Source: a virus (lineage: Duplodnaviria; Caudoviricetes). Taken from it: 64,000 nt of DNA. The position numbers and the translations under genes were made by a program. Positions 17,466-28,400 of this stretch are shown in pieces. The DNA lies in IMG/VR virus record IMGVR_UViG_3300037067_026010, positions 1 to 64,000 of that record; one strand, given 5' to 3'. Each line of letters opens with the position of its first letter. The first letter of the stretch is position 1. Under the pieces are notes generated by a model. That model did not search any database. It saw only the letters and a list, made by a program, of their open reading frames with translations, and was not told where the DNA came from.

Positions 17466-19082
17466 TCAATGGCATGTGCCTGAAATACTGGCCAAAATGC
17501 TACGGGAATGCCACGATACGCAATCCACCTGTTCTGAAAGCGGTTCTGCCGCGGTGAACTGTGCTAGCGTATCAAATAGTTGTCCGTAGTGGATCGTTTC
17601 TCCCGGCATCGCCGAGTTCAACAGTAAACACGCCGTTGTGTGCGGCGGGCAGAGCCGCTTCAGCCAACGAGCGTGTTGCAAGCCGACGGCGCCATCGCCG
17701 CACAGCGACAAATCGATTTGTACGATAAAGGCATTATACCGCAGGATATGCTGTATCAGGAACTGCAATGGGTTGATCGTTTGCGGTAAGTGCTCTGCGG
17801 TAGGCTCGCCGTACCGTACGATCCGCGTGTCCAGCAGGTGCGCCAGGGTGCCGCATCGAAATAACCTTGGCGCGGTCTCGCCCGGCAGCGGGGGCCAGGT
17901 AATAATGTCGCTACCGTCGCATTCGTCCGTTAGCGGAACTGCCAAGGCCACGCCGCGGGTATGCAGTTCGTCAAAAAAACATGCAATATCCAGCGGCAGG
18001 CCACCCAACTCGAAAGACACCTTAGTGAAGCCGGAGGGGTCCGTGACGTCGACGACCAGCGGCACATCCTTATTCTCGAATATCAAGTCGTATTGGAGAC
18101 ACAGGCCCACCATGCCGCGGCCGATCGCTAACGCGGAAACGCCGGCAGGAGTTAGCCCGTCGTTCAGTTCTTCTACCGTAAACGCGTTCGTCAGGGTATC
18201 CCCGGCATAGACGGTGTCGCCGATGCTGACGCGAGCCGCATCATTACGGTGATATTTATAAACATTCACGTCCGTAAGGACTAATAAATTGGCGCTGTCT
18301 TGCACAATATCCACTACCGTTTCCTGCGGGGTCGCCACGAGAGGTATGCCCGTCAAGGCGGATAATGCAAGGTTGAAATGGCGCCCTGCGCAGCCTTGCA
18401 CCAGCGCGTCAAATAATGCATTCAGCATATTGCGATACCCGTCGCTGCTGGGTAGGTGGAGGCCGAGAACGTAGCCGAATTGGTTATAAAGCGTGTCGCG
18501 ATCGAAATCCCCACGAAATACCCATAGCAATAATTCCGTGTCGGCAACCACGCCGTTTTCGAATATGGACTGCTGCGGCATGCGGGCGTCCTCGAACGGA
18601 TTCTGCCTGAAAACTATAGCCTGCCTCTCGATATCCAGATAATACTGGTCACCGGCGTGCCAAACTAGCGACGGCTCCATAAAGCGATTGAACAGCACCG
18701 GCGCCAGCCGTAAACCGTCCGGCAACGGAAAGGAATACACGCCCCTGGTTAAGGGCGCATCGAAGACATACCCGCCGTCGTACGTTCCTGCGCCATCGTA
18801 AGCGGGCAGGGCCGTGGCGTCCGTATTCATCTGGGATTGCCGTAGCCGCAACGGGTACCACAGATCTTTGTGATAAACCGGTACAGTGCGCCGATTGACG
18901 GCTTGCAGCAGCTCGCTCATGTCTTGGGCAGTTTGCTTCGCCACCTGAGCGTACGCCGCGGACAATGACACAACCTGATCCTGCCCGCCGTAAAGCTGGT
19001 TCCAGAATGTTCCCAGCACCGCCGCTAGGTTGTACGGCTGGTCGAGATCGGTTGCCGGGTAATTGTAACTATAGGTTGCCAT
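17466..19082 (-). CDS. putative baseplate wedge protein (P2 gpI/T4 gp7-like position)
   Basis: Directly follows the baseplate J-like gene; LYNQFGYVLG...YRNMLNAL...LSALTGIP and C-terminal LKRLCPPHT. Confidence 0.55.
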   Translation of the reverse strand: MATYSYNYPATDLDQPYNLAAVLGTFWNQLYGGQDQVVSLSAAYAQVAKQTAQDMSELLQAVNRRTVPVYHKDLWYPLRLRQSQMNTDATALPAYDGAGTYDGGYVFDAPLTRGVYSFPLPDGLRLAPVLFNRFMEPSLVWHAGDQYYLDIERQAIVFRQNPFEDARMPQQSIFENGVVADTELLLWVFRGDFDRDTLYNQFGYVLGLHLPSSDGYRNMLNALFDALVQGCAGRHFNLALSALTGIPLVATPQETVVDIVQDSANLLVLTDVNVYKYHRNDAARVSIGDTVYAGDTLTNAFTVEELNDGLTPAGVSALAIGRGMVGLCLQYDLIFENKDVPLVVDVTDPSGFTKVSFELGGLPLDIACFFDELHTRGVALAVPLTDECDGSDIITWPPLPGETAPRLFRCGTLAHLLDTRIVRYGEPTAEHLPQTINPLQFLIQHILRYNAFIVQIDLSLCGDGAVGLQHARWLKRLCPPHTTACLLLNSAMPGETIHYGQLFDTLAQFTAAEPLSEQVDCVSWHSRSILASISGTCH

Positions 19083-19088
19083 TGTAGG

Positions 19089-20747
19089 TTATAGATCGTC
19101 AGTGAAGCCTTCCGTGATTACATCGATGGCAATATCTTGCGGGTCCAGGAAAAATACCGTCGTGCGCCCGGTAACGTAATTCAACGGATCTTCCGGTATT
19201 TGCAACAACGTCGTTCCATGGATGTAATGCATTTCCCCACTCGGCCTGCGAATACGGCCCTGCATATCAATGATGCCCAAGGCCTGCCTGCCGCTCAAAT
19301 AGTTATGTGCAACGTCAGCCAGTAGCGAGGCATGGACCTGGCTGGGGAAGCCAAGCTGGTTTACTGCGGTTGCAAGCGCATTCTTCATGGCTGCCGTGTC
19401 CGGAGCCGTGGTTTCTTTCGCGATGCGCACCTGGAAATTTACCGATAAAAAGCATGGCACGGCCGCCCGCACCAATATATCCCCGGCTCGGTAGCGTACG
19501 TCGGTTCCACCCAGAAAATCTTGCAGGTCGGCGATTTGCGGCATACCAGAGGCACTGACGATATAATCTGCGACGCTTCCGATTGGAGTACTATCCGTAG
19601 AGGTTGCGGGATCGACAAACTGCACCACCGCGGTTTGATACCGGCTATACGCGCCTTCCCCGACGGAAATGATGTCCGGGACGAGCGTCTGTCCTACAGA
19701 TAGGTCGAGGAAGCGCTGATCCGACAAGATCTCCAAACTGGGAACGTCCGGATCATCATCCTCCCTTCGAATTTGTACGATTTCGTAAAATCCGGGGGCC
19801 TCATCGCGATTTATGGTAAATTGCCATATGCCGCCTGTGGCAACGGTTCCGACGAGTGTCGCTTCTTTCGTCAAGGCTATGGCCAACGGCAACTCCCGCG
19901 TGCGGGCGTATACATCTATCCGGCCGCCGCACGATATTGGAAATAACGAGTGCTGGTCACGCGTCATTTCCGGATTGCCGAAGCCGATGACCGAGTACTC
20001 TAATGTGTCCGTAAATGCCGCTTGTTCTTTAATGAGCGCACGGATATTTGCAGAGCCGCTAATCGTCTTCGCAGCGATGCCGTCCTGGAGTCTGCGTAAC
20101 ATCGCCGCGTTGTCTTCCGTAACGGTCCCGCCGTCAAAGTCTCCAGCGGCGTACGCGGTCACGAACCCTGCAAGGTCCGTGGTTGGCGTCATTTTCGTAC
20201 TCCTGGCGACATTACCCTCCGCGCCAGTTACGCTGCACTGCACCGGCACGGTAAACGCGTACGTACCGTTGCCGAGTGGGTTCATGATTCTCGTATCCGC
20301 CGTGATCAGTTGCGACCCCGCGACATTTGCATCGTAAGCCTGCAACGTCACGAAGGTTAAGCCGTTTGCCGTGAATGCCGTGCCTGCAGCGAGAACGACA
20401 GGGGCATCGCTAAGTACGACAATGACAACTTCCCCGGCCGCGTAAGTTCCAGATTGGCGCGTAACGTTAAACATGGAAAATACGTCATCCGCCAGGGTCG
20501 TATCGGCCAGCGCCGGGTCGTTGGCGATCTGCAACAGGCTCCTCGCATTCAGATAACGCTGCAATTCTGTTTGGGACCATGCGCCGAATACCGCACCAAA
20601 GTAGCAAATCAAATCGTGAATGACGCCGCGCGTCAGCACTTCGACTTCCGGGTGCCGCTCCTGGATCAACTGCGTTATTTCCGCCTGGGTCTGCGTAACC
20701 AGCTCCAAGGGGATATCGTTGAGATTAGTAACTTGCAGCGTGGCCAT
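19089..20747 (-). CDS. baseplate J-like wedge protein (T4 gp6/P2 gpJ family)
   Basis: FNVTRQSGTYAAGEV...LAAGT.F...VQCSVTGAEGNVA...GGTVTEDNAAMLRR. Confidence 0.8.
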   Translation of the reverse strand: MATLQVTNLNDIPLELVTQTQAEITQLIQERHPEVEVLTRGVIHDLICYFGAVFGAWSQTELQRYLNARSLLQIANDPALADTTLADDVFSMFNVTRQSGTYAAGEVVIVVLSDAPVVLAAGTAFTANGLTFVTLQAYDANVAGSQLITADTRIMNPLGNGTYAFTVPVQCSVTGAEGNVARSTKMTPTTDLAGFVTAYAAGDFDGGTVTEDNAAMLRRLQDGIAAKTISGSANIRALIKEQAAFTDTLEYSVIGFGNPEMTRDQHSLFPISCGGRIDVYARTRELPLAIALTKEATLVGTVATGGIWQFTINRDEAPGFYEIVQIRREDDDPDVPSLEILSDQRFLDLSVGQTLVPDIISVGEGAYSRYQTAVVQFVDPATSTDSTPIGSVADYIVSASGMPQIADLQDFLGGTDVRYRAGDILVRAAVPCFLSVNFQVRIAKETTAPDTAAMKNALATAVNQLGFPSQVHASLLADVAHNYLSGRQALGIIDMQGRIRRPSGEMHYIHGTTLLQIPEDPLNYVTGRTTVFFLDPQDIAIDVITEGFTDDL

Positions 20748-20765
20748 GGCGTCCTCTGCGTTGGA

Positions 20766-21242
20766 TTAGGTCATCGGCTTATAGGGTGCAACGTCGATCG
20801 GCAAAATAACGGCTCGAGCCGTCCCGGCTTTACTGGTAATCTGCACACGCAGTGTGACTTTCGTGGCCGTAACGGTCGTGTCGGTCAGCGTCGCATAATC
20901 GTAACGTTCGTCCGCGGGCATATCCTCGGATTCTTCCAGGGCAAACTGAGACCGGAGGGTCAGATCCGCAGCCAGGAATGTCTGCTGTACGTCAAGCTCG
21001 GTACGCAAACGCCCTGCGTAAAAGTCCGTGAGAAAGGTACATCCCCGGTCGGGCAAAAAGCGCATGGAGCCTTGCTGCGTCAAAAATTCCAGAACCCACC
21101 TTTGCGCCAGTTTTTGAATACCCGTACAAACTTCGCCGGAATTGGCAAATAACGTCTGCGACAACAGGTGCTCGCGGGTGGCCTGCGCGCCTTGCAGGGC
21201 GAGCATATCGAACCGGCGTCCCTGGTAGTCCCTAACGCTCAT
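20766..21242 (-). CDS. baseplate wedge/sheath initiator (gp25-like)
   Basis: TGIQKLAQRWVLEFLTQQGSMRFLPDRGCTF; size and position before baseplate J. Confidence 0.75.
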   Translation of the reverse strand: MSVRDYQGRRFDMLALQGAQATREHLLSQTLFANSGEVCTGIQKLAQRWVLEFLTQQGSMRFLPDRGCTFLTDFYAGRLRTELDVQQTFLAADLTLRSQFALEESEDMPADERYDYATLTDTTVTATKVTLRVQITSKAGTARAVILPIDVAPYKPMT

Positions 21243-21676
21243 CGGGCACCTCCGGCTTTTATGCTATCCTGCACCTGTTTGACGACGTAAGGAAACAGGT
21301 CGCTCGTAGCATGCCCGTGCCTTCGACCGTGTTGATGTGCCAAACAGCGGCACAATGTGGCATGCCGGTAGCGAAATGCCCGCTCCTCTGCGGCATTATA
21401 GTCGATCTGCTGTTTAAGTCCGATGATGTCGCCGACGGTGCCCGGTTCGTCACTTTGCATGGCGGACGCATAATTTGCATTGATCGGTTGTCGCTGCCAT
21501 GCCGGCTCGTGCAGATTGGGAACGTCGGTCAACGCCGTGTCGAGCACGGCCGGTACCTGCCAAACACGCTGTGCTTCACCGGCAAACGAATCTGCAATCG
21601 CCTGTGCCTCCGCTTGCAAGGCTTGCAATCGCTGTAGAAAAACGGTATGTATCTGCCCGCGCGTAGTGCCTTTCAC
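21239..21676 (-). CDS. hypothetical helical protein (145 aa)
   Basis: GTG start with GAGGA SD; ATGA overlap with the gp25-like gene. Confidence 0.7.
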   Translation of the reverse strand: MKGTTRGQIHTVFLQRLQALQAEAQAIADSFAGEAQRVWQVPAVLDTALTDVPNLHEPAWQRQPINANYASAMQSDEPGTVGDIIGLKQQIDYNAAEERAFRYRHATLCRCLAHQHGRRHGHATSDLFPYVVKQVQDSIKAGGAR

Positions 21677-21686
21677 GGTAATGTCC

Positions 21687-22466
21687 TCACAGTCCTAAGC
21701 CGGATACGTATCGCTGATCGAGTAAATCCTGGATGGTGCGGCGCCGTTGGCTGATCAATCCAGGCGTTACGCCCAGCTTGGCGGCGAGTTCGGCTGTGTT
21801 AAGGACGCTATTTCCGTTCCAGCCAAGCGTGTGTTGCAGTATTACCTGATCGCGTGGTGAAAGATCATGGTACACGATATTTATCCAGGCGTCGTCGTCA
21901 GTCTGCCCCACCGGTCTTATAGGGGGCATTGGTGCATCCGAGGGTTGCGCAGCCAGGACACCCGTCGGTATGCTTCCACGATTTTTTCGTACATGCTTGA
22001 TGCGTTTTAGCGAAAACCCGGTATGGTCCGCCAACTCTTGATCGCTCGGTGCTCTACCCAAATTGTCCTCCAAGTTGCGCTCCGCATGATGCAATCGCCG
22101 CCAATCCAGGGCCACCTGCTCTGGTACACTGATCGCCGCAGCTTCACGCGCCCCGACACGTTGCAAGCCGCGCAAATGGGACATGAGGTGCGTCCGCAAT
22201 GGGCTTTTTGCCGGATCGTAGGTTTGCATGGCCTGCAGCGCCATGAGTTTAGCGCGAGTGCGCAACGTCGGACTGCCCTGGGAACCGGCGCCGTAGGCCC
22301 GTACCGCGTCGTCGAGCACCGGGCGTACTGACTCCAACAACGCCGTGCGCGTTTGTGGGGTATCCTCCTTCTTCCACGATTGCCAGGCGGTGGTATATTC
22401 CGGTGTTTCCGGGGTTTCCGGGAGCGGTTTTGGCCCAAGTCCTGGTTTGAGAATGTCGAAAACCAT
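21687..22466 (-). CDS. phage-encoded sigma70-family sigma factor (regions 2, 3 and 4; group-3-like)
   Basis: ALQAMQTYDPAKSPLRTHL (region 2), ISVPE...LEDNLGRAPSDQELADHTGFSLKRI (region 3), LSPRDQVILQHTLG...TAELAAKLGVTPGLISQRR (region 4 HTH). Start re-assigned to MVFDIL. Confidence 0.85.
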   Translation of the reverse strand: MVFDILKPGLGPKPLPETPETPEYTTAWQSWKKEDTPQTRTALLESVRPVLDDAVRAYGAGSQGSPTLRTRAKLMALQAMQTYDPAKSPLRTHLMSHLRGLQRVGAREAAAISVPEQVALDWRRLHHAERNLEDNLGRAPSDQELADHTGFSLKRIKHVRKNRGSIPTGVLAAQPSDAPMPPIRPVGQTDDDAWINIVYHDLSPRDQVILQHTLGWNGNSVLNTAELAAKLGVTPGLISQRRRTIQDLLDQRYVSGLGL

Positions 22467-22476
22467 GTCAGTATTC

Positions 22477-24138
22477 CTAAATATTGGCGAGCGTAGCTCC
22501 GCGGAATTCTCTGGTGTATAACGGCGGCGCCACCGCCGCAAAACGGGCATCTTTATTTTCAGTTTCCGTGTGCAAATGCGCTAGCGCAAACGCCGTACCG
22601 GCACGCTGGGCCTCGGCATTGATATGGATGGACGTCCGCATAACGGTACCTAACAACGGCCTGGCCAATTGGTCTTCGGCAATCAAATGCGAGCTGCCTA
22701 GATAGACGCGTATCTGCGAGCCGGGGGCAATATCGAAGCGTAACCGCCCCGATAGTTCGCCGACGCGGCCTTTGAGCATTTCCATGATGTACATATGGTG
22801 GCAATATCTGTCGCCAAGCGTCTTCATGGCCTTCTCGGTAAGCGCTGGCCGTCTTTGTACCTCCGGTAACGTCGGCAAAGCGCCGTGCGGACGCGGATGC
22901 AGCGCCAAGCCGATCGGATTTGCATTGATGTTGCCCGTTGTCGACGCTGAGTGCACCCACGGTATGGTGCTTTGCGCCAGCCACATCGGCACGTCTTTGA
23001 TGATGATCGTACCCTCGTTGAGCGGCGGGTCCGGCCAAAACCCCGCCAAACCGGAATGATCCGCGCTATTGCCGGCGATATGTAAACCGTCGGCATTAGT
23101 TTGCGAGCTGGCTGGGCGCGTCAAACCGATGCCTCTAATGACCCGCGGCAAATAACAGCCCAATTCACACTGCGCATAGCTCGTTGCCGGTATATCTCGA
23201 AACGGCGCCGTTTGCAGACCGCCGCAAAACGGGACGATGTAGGCATTCTCGATGCGCGGTACAACGGTAAACAACAACTGCGGCGCCAATTCGCCGATCA
23301 GTTTCCCCCACACCGTCGTATTAGCCCAGGCTTGCCAGCCTCCGTGTCCTAGGGCCCACTGCAGCCCTTCTGCTACAATCAGTTTATCGACCTCGTTAAG
23401 GCCCTCCATATTGAGCGTAATAGGCGGATCGGCAACCATGCGCTGCAGTGCCTTGACGGCTGCGGCATTGCCACCTTGTTCCATTACTCCGCCGGTCAGC
23501 CGCGGATCGATTGGATCAATGTTTTCGGCAGTGGCTCCCGCAATGAACCACGGTTTTAGAATATTCGTCCAGATATCCTGGAGATCGACCGGCAAAAAGG
23601 CGTGAAAACCGCCTGGCATAGGACACCAGCACGGGCTTTCCGCACCCGTTGGCGTAGTATTCTTGCCGGCCGCAGCAAACTGAATCCGCCGAAAGCTCGC
23701 CGAGTAGGTCCAATCCGATGGATTACCCGGATGCGACATGCCGCTAAGCGTCGAAGTATAATCCAGGTCGCAAAGCCAGTGCACGAGACTGATCGTGCAG
23801 CCTGCGCTGACCGTAGTACGTTGCCACCCTATACCTGTGGCATAACCGTCAAATATCAATATTTCACCGTCAGGCAGGTCCGTCGGAGCATCCCCCCACG
23901 CTGCCGCGTTCACCACCCGCAACCAGACTTTCGCCGGTAAAAGAATCTTCATGCTATCAAATACCGCATGAATGGACGCAGCCTTACCGGTTTGCACATG
24001 CGTACCAACCGCTACAGTGACTGCAGCATTCGGAATATTGTTCATCTCGAATGCTGCGCTGAACTGCGTAACGTCGTCAAACATGACGTCGCCGATCTGG
24101 GCTCGCATCGTAAGGCCGATGGTGCGAAAATTAGCCAT
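22477..24138 (-). CDS. putative baseplate hub protein (gp27/gpD-like)
   Basis: F....IP.A.VTVAVG; ILIFDGYATG; C-terminal GELSGRLRFDIAPGS.I; downstream of the tape measure gene. Confidence 0.6.
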   Translation of the reverse strand: MANFRTIGLTMRAQIGDVMFDDVTQFSAAFEMNNIPNAAVTVAVGTHVQTGKAASIHAVFDSMKILLPAKVWLRVVNAAAWGDAPTDLPDGEILIFDGYATGIGWQRTTVSAGCTISLVHWLCDLDYTSTLSGMSHPGNPSDWTYSASFRRIQFAAAGKNTTPTGAESPCWCPMPGGFHAFLPVDLQDIWTNILKPWFIAGATAENIDPIDPRLTGGVMEQGGNAAAVKALQRMVADPPITLNMEGLNEVDKLIVAEGLQWALGHGGWQAWANTTVWGKLIGELAPQLLFTVVPRIENAYIVPFCGGLQTAPFRDIPATSYAQCELGCYLPRVIRGIGLTRPASSQTNADGLHIAGNSADHSGLAGFWPDPPLNEGTIIIKDVPMWLAQSTIPWVHSASTTGNINANPIGLALHPRPHGALPTLPEVQRRPALTEKAMKTLGDRYCHHMYIMEMLKGRVGELSGRLRFDIAPGSQIRVYLGSSHLIAEDQLARPLLGTVMRTSIHINAEAQRAGTAFALAHLHTETENKDARFAAVAPPLYTREFRGATLANI

Positions 24139-24961
24139 TGCCGCCCCCTTGCCGTATTTGATCGATGCGATAGGCCATGGCCAGCAGAATACTGCAATAC
24201 CGGTACGCGGAGGACGGGTGCTGGGCATAAACGTTATAGAATGTCCGCCACGGTTCTTCCGTCGTCGGCATAAAAAGCATTTCAGGCGTGCTGTGATACA
24301 ATTGCGACATAAGATCCGCAAAGTCCAATTCCGGACGTGCCGTCGCGGTAATCTGCCACTGCCCGGATATGCCCTCGGGTACCCGAAACGTTAAAGCGCT
24401 GCCGGGCAATGTTACCGGATCGCTTAATTGGTTTTCATAGGCCATGGCGACAGCGACCGTTTCCAACCCGGCCTGAATTTCAGCCGTCGGCTCCCCAAAA
24501 TACGCCGGCGCAGAGCCGAGCAGACGAGGCAACCGCAACGGCAGGACTGTAGGCGTACGTGTTGTCACGGTGACGCGCCATGTGCTTTGCAGTACGGTAG
24601 TACCTGCCGCCTCGCCGAACACATAAATAGGTGCCGCTCCGGACAGTGCCGCAACCTGTGTTCCGAAAACGCCGTCAAAATACGGATTGGCCTCTCGCAG
24701 ATACGTAATACGCGGATCTAGGGCCGTCACGAATTCGGCCAATTCCGTAGTGTGAAGCAGTCGCATGGCCTGCCATAGCCGGTACAGCACATAGCAAGTG
24801 TCTGAAACATGCCCGAACAGCATACGCCGTAGGTTTTCCAACCAGAACGGCAAGGTTACCGCGCGATAATCCACCGGCACGTATTCTTCACCCGGGAAGC
24901 TCATACCGCGGCCCGTGCCGCCGTCGCGATTTAACAGTAACGTACGTACGTGATTGATCAC
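24131..24961 (-). CDS. tail/baseplate-associated hypothetical protein (276 aa)
   Basis: GTG start in a GTGA overlap with GGAGG SD (MINHVRTLLLN). Confidence 0.65.
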   Translation of the reverse strand: MINHVRTLLLNRDGGTGRGMSFPGEEYVPVDYRAVTLPFWLENLRRMLFGHVSDTCYVLYRLWQAMRLLHTTELAEFVTALDPRITYLREANPYFDGVFGTQVAALSGAAPIYVFGEAAGTTVLQSTWRVTVTTRTPTVLPLRLPRLLGSAPAYFGEPTAEIQAGLETVAVAMAYENQLSDPVTLPGSALTFRVPEGISGQWQITATARPELDFADLMSQLYHSTPEMLFMPTTEEPWRTFYNVYAQHPSSAYRYCSILLAMAYRIDQIRQGGGNG

Positions 24962-25407
24962 TGCCGGCCCTCCGGGAACGTGGCAAAACGATAGGACCAT
25001 TGCGTCAACATGTTCTCTGGATCGACGATCTGGGCCTGCATGCCGGTAAGAAAAGCAGCAAAGGCCGTATGACCGATGACGACGACTACCGGCGCCGGGC
25101 GCACGGCGATTCTACCGTAGTTGTACGTTGCCAGGATCTCGTTCAAGCCGTCCGGGCCCGCCCAGCATGTGTTCGCAAAGGCAAAACCTCCGACGACCAA
25201 TTCACCGATCCTGGTGCCGAAGACGTAAACGTAAATCGTATCGGCCAGCGTATGTAAAAACTGGTAATTATCGTTCTGAACGATCGCGGCCTGCGTAATA
25301 ATCGCCTTGGCAAAAGTCTGGCCATGCAAAGAAATACGAAAAGGGATGGCCTCCCTGCCGTCCGGCATGACGCTTACCGTGCCTCGTCCGCGGCTAAAAA
25401 TAAACAT
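24958..25407 (-). CDS. putative tail tube initiator (tube-fold) protein
   Basis: Directly after the tape measure gene; NYQFLHTLADTIYVYVFGTRIGELVVGG resembles tube-fold strands. Confidence 0.5.
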   Translation of the reverse strand: MFIFSRGRGTVSVMPDGREAIPFRISLHGQTFAKAIITQAAIVQNDNYQFLHTLADTIYVYVFGTRIGELVVGGFAFANTCWAGPDGLNEILATYNYGRIAVRPAPVVVVIGHTAFAAFLTGMQAQIVDPENMLTQWSYRFATFPEGRQ

Positions 25408-25425
25408 GAGAACACCGCTTCCTTG

Positions 25426-28400
25426 CTAGGCGAGTACCGTAGTATAGTCGGCCGACGGCATTAGCATCATCTGATCGATGACCATATCGTTGCCTTCGAG
25501 GTGTACGCGGCCGCCGGTTACTGTCATTTTGAGCGGCTTATCCTGCTGCTCTTTGGCACGTACCGCGTCGGCCTTGGCCTGCTCGTCGGCCTGTTGTTTT
25601 TTCAACTGCTGCGCTTCCGCGGACAGTTGTCCGATTTCCTGTGCGTGTTTTTGCGGATCCTTTGCCAGGCCTTCGCGGCGTTGCTCGATGGAACGTATAC
25701 GCTCGGCCAGCGGTACTTCGTGTTTTTTTGCCTCGGCCTCATCCAAAGCATCGCGCTCCGCCTTCAAAGCCGCCAAACCCGTTTGTGTCTGCTTATCTTG
25801 GGGTGCTTGCTCCAGAGTCCGGATAGCCGTCGTGAGCTCGTCGCGCTTGCGCTCTGTTTCCGTAGGGGCATCGCGTCTCAAGCGTTTCAAGTGTTCCGCT
25901 AAGCCGTCGGCGCTGGTAATGTCCAATGCCGCCAGCTCTTTATCGATACTTTGCAGCCGTGCTGCTTTCTGCCCGGCATCCGGCTGTTTTAACAACCACG
26001 CGCGTTCCTTTTGCAGTGTCTCCCGCATTTGAGTATTGTCAGTACCGCCTTTGGCCAATGCCGCAATCATCTTATTGGCGCGTTGGGCCTGCGTACGGCC
26101 TTCTTCGGTCATCAAGCCGGTTTTTGGGTCCACCATCTGGAGCGCGCCTTCGGCGGCTGCCAACTGCCGCTGAAACTCGCGCATCGTCGGATCGCGCCCG
26201 GCCAACTCCTTCAGATCGATGCCGCCGAGCGCCGCCGCGCCGAGATCGCGTAAGCTCGTATCGGCCCGGCCCTCCCGTACGGCATCGGAGATGCGGGCTA
26301 CCATGCCCTCTCGCCCTAGGCTGCTTAATGCTTGCTGGGTGTCCGCAACGGCAATAGCGCGCTGCTCCTCTTGCACGGCCCGGGCACGCGTTCGCGGGTT
26401 TCCAAGCTGATATAGATGCAATGCACTCTCCGCCTGGCCCTGCATCGAGGCCGTCACGTCGATTTGCGACCACAATTGGCCGGCCAACATGGTCAGCTGT
26501 TTTTGACTCAATCGACCGGGACCGATTGCTTTATCTAAGGTTTCCGCAAGAACACGATGCCGCTCTGCAGGCGTTGCCGCCACGGTGGAGTCCATTTGCC
26601 AAAAAGCTTTGTTTACGGCGTCGCCAACGCGAGTCATAAACGCCTGCTGACCACCTGGCGCTTGTTGAGCAATCGTATGAAGCTCCCGGCTGGTAGCAAT
26701 GACATTTTGCGTGCTGCGTTTCACCGTATTGGAGTAATCGATTTGCTGCTGTGCTCGAGCTGCGGCCCTGTCCAGTTGCATATCTCGCGTCATCTCTTGA
26801 TTGGCTTTGACGTCCACCAGGTATGCCAAGGCTGCATCACCCGACATGCCGCCGGCCTTCATAAGCTTCAGGATGTCGTCCTGCGATATTGCCCGCAGTG
26901 TACCGGCGGCCTCCTTTCGAAAACCGACATTAAGCTCTTGTCCGCGGAATGCGTAAGTTTCGCGGCCTTCGCGCAGGGCTTGCAACATCGAGCCTGCCTC
27001 TGTATCCCGACCGAACAGTTCCGGATTGTCTCGTTGTGCCCGCAGTAATGCCGCCCAGCGATTTGCCAAGGGCGATACTGCGCCTGCCATACGAAGACGC
27101 TGGCCTTGCAACATAAGCTGTTCCGGAGTGGCCCGTCCCCAGGCAGGACGATCCCAGCCCGTATCGAGTCGCGCTGCAGCGCCAAAAGCCATGGCACCCT
27201 GCATGATGCCTGGGACCAGGGCACGGTCCATGCCCAGTTGATCTGCCATCCCGGCCGCTTGCGCAGTAAGCCCTAGCAGGCCCTGCATGCCTATGCCAGA
27301 TTGCTTGGCAAGATTATAGCTGGTACGGACTAATTGCTCGACGCGTGCAGGATCCATAGAGGCCATACTGCCTTGAGTAAGCGCATCCAGGCCGTTGAGT
27401 AGTTCGCGCATAGGCGCGTTGGGCCGGCCGAGATCCCCAAAAATATCCCGCATCGCCGACACCACACCAGTCAGATTGCTTAACCGCTGCTTTATGCGGT
27501 CTGCTTCGCCGGCGGCCAGCAAACCCTCCCCGACATCCCCGAGGTCCGTCAGACGGCCGCGCTCATTTTCATCCGTTTTCGCTGCGCGAATACGCTGATG
27601 TGCTGCAGTAACACGCTGATCCAAATCGCGAAACTCGTCTAATACATTGCGCCCCTCTGCCGTCTGTGTCTGTCCAGCATCTAATAACGCCTGCAGCTCC
27701 CGTCCACGGGTCGTACCGACCGCAATACGCCGCGTAGTGCCTTCATCCAACTCTTCAGGGAGGTAATCGCCGGCGCGCAACATGCGCTCTGCAAGCGTGC
27801 CCTCAGCGCCGATGCCACCACCCGACCACCCGCGTCTAACTGCTTCGTCATAAAGCACGCCTAGCGTGCCTGCCGAGATGCCTCGCATTTCGGCCCGGTA
27901 CTTGTCCGTGCTATACAGCCCTTCCCACAGGTGTGTTGCTACCATGCCTGCCGTGCGCGGAGAGGCACCAATGCTGCCTGTAACAGGGTCCAAGCCGGTG
28001 TACATCGTCCGGAATAACTGCCGGCCCAGTAAGGAAGCACTACCACGAGATCCGAACAGTTGATCGGCTATCTCCGTGCCGCCCAGCATCTCTACGAACG
28101 GCAGTAATGCCGTAGCGTCTTGTGCAATAATCCGTGCTTGTGCCTGCTCTTGTGGCGTTAACGTATTTCGGCCGGCATACATGCGCAACGCACCTTCGCC
28201 AATGGCTTGTGCCTGTCGTGTATCGGCCTGAAGAGCGGCCTGCGAAGCCTGTAAACTGTCCAAAAAATAGCGTTGGGCAACCAGTTGATCATAAATATTC
28301 TGGCTTGGCGCGAACTGCGCAGGGATTTTGCCCGGCCCCATCAGACTTTGAAGCACCATCGGCCCCAGCAACTGGGCCATACCGCCCGTGGTACCGCCGC

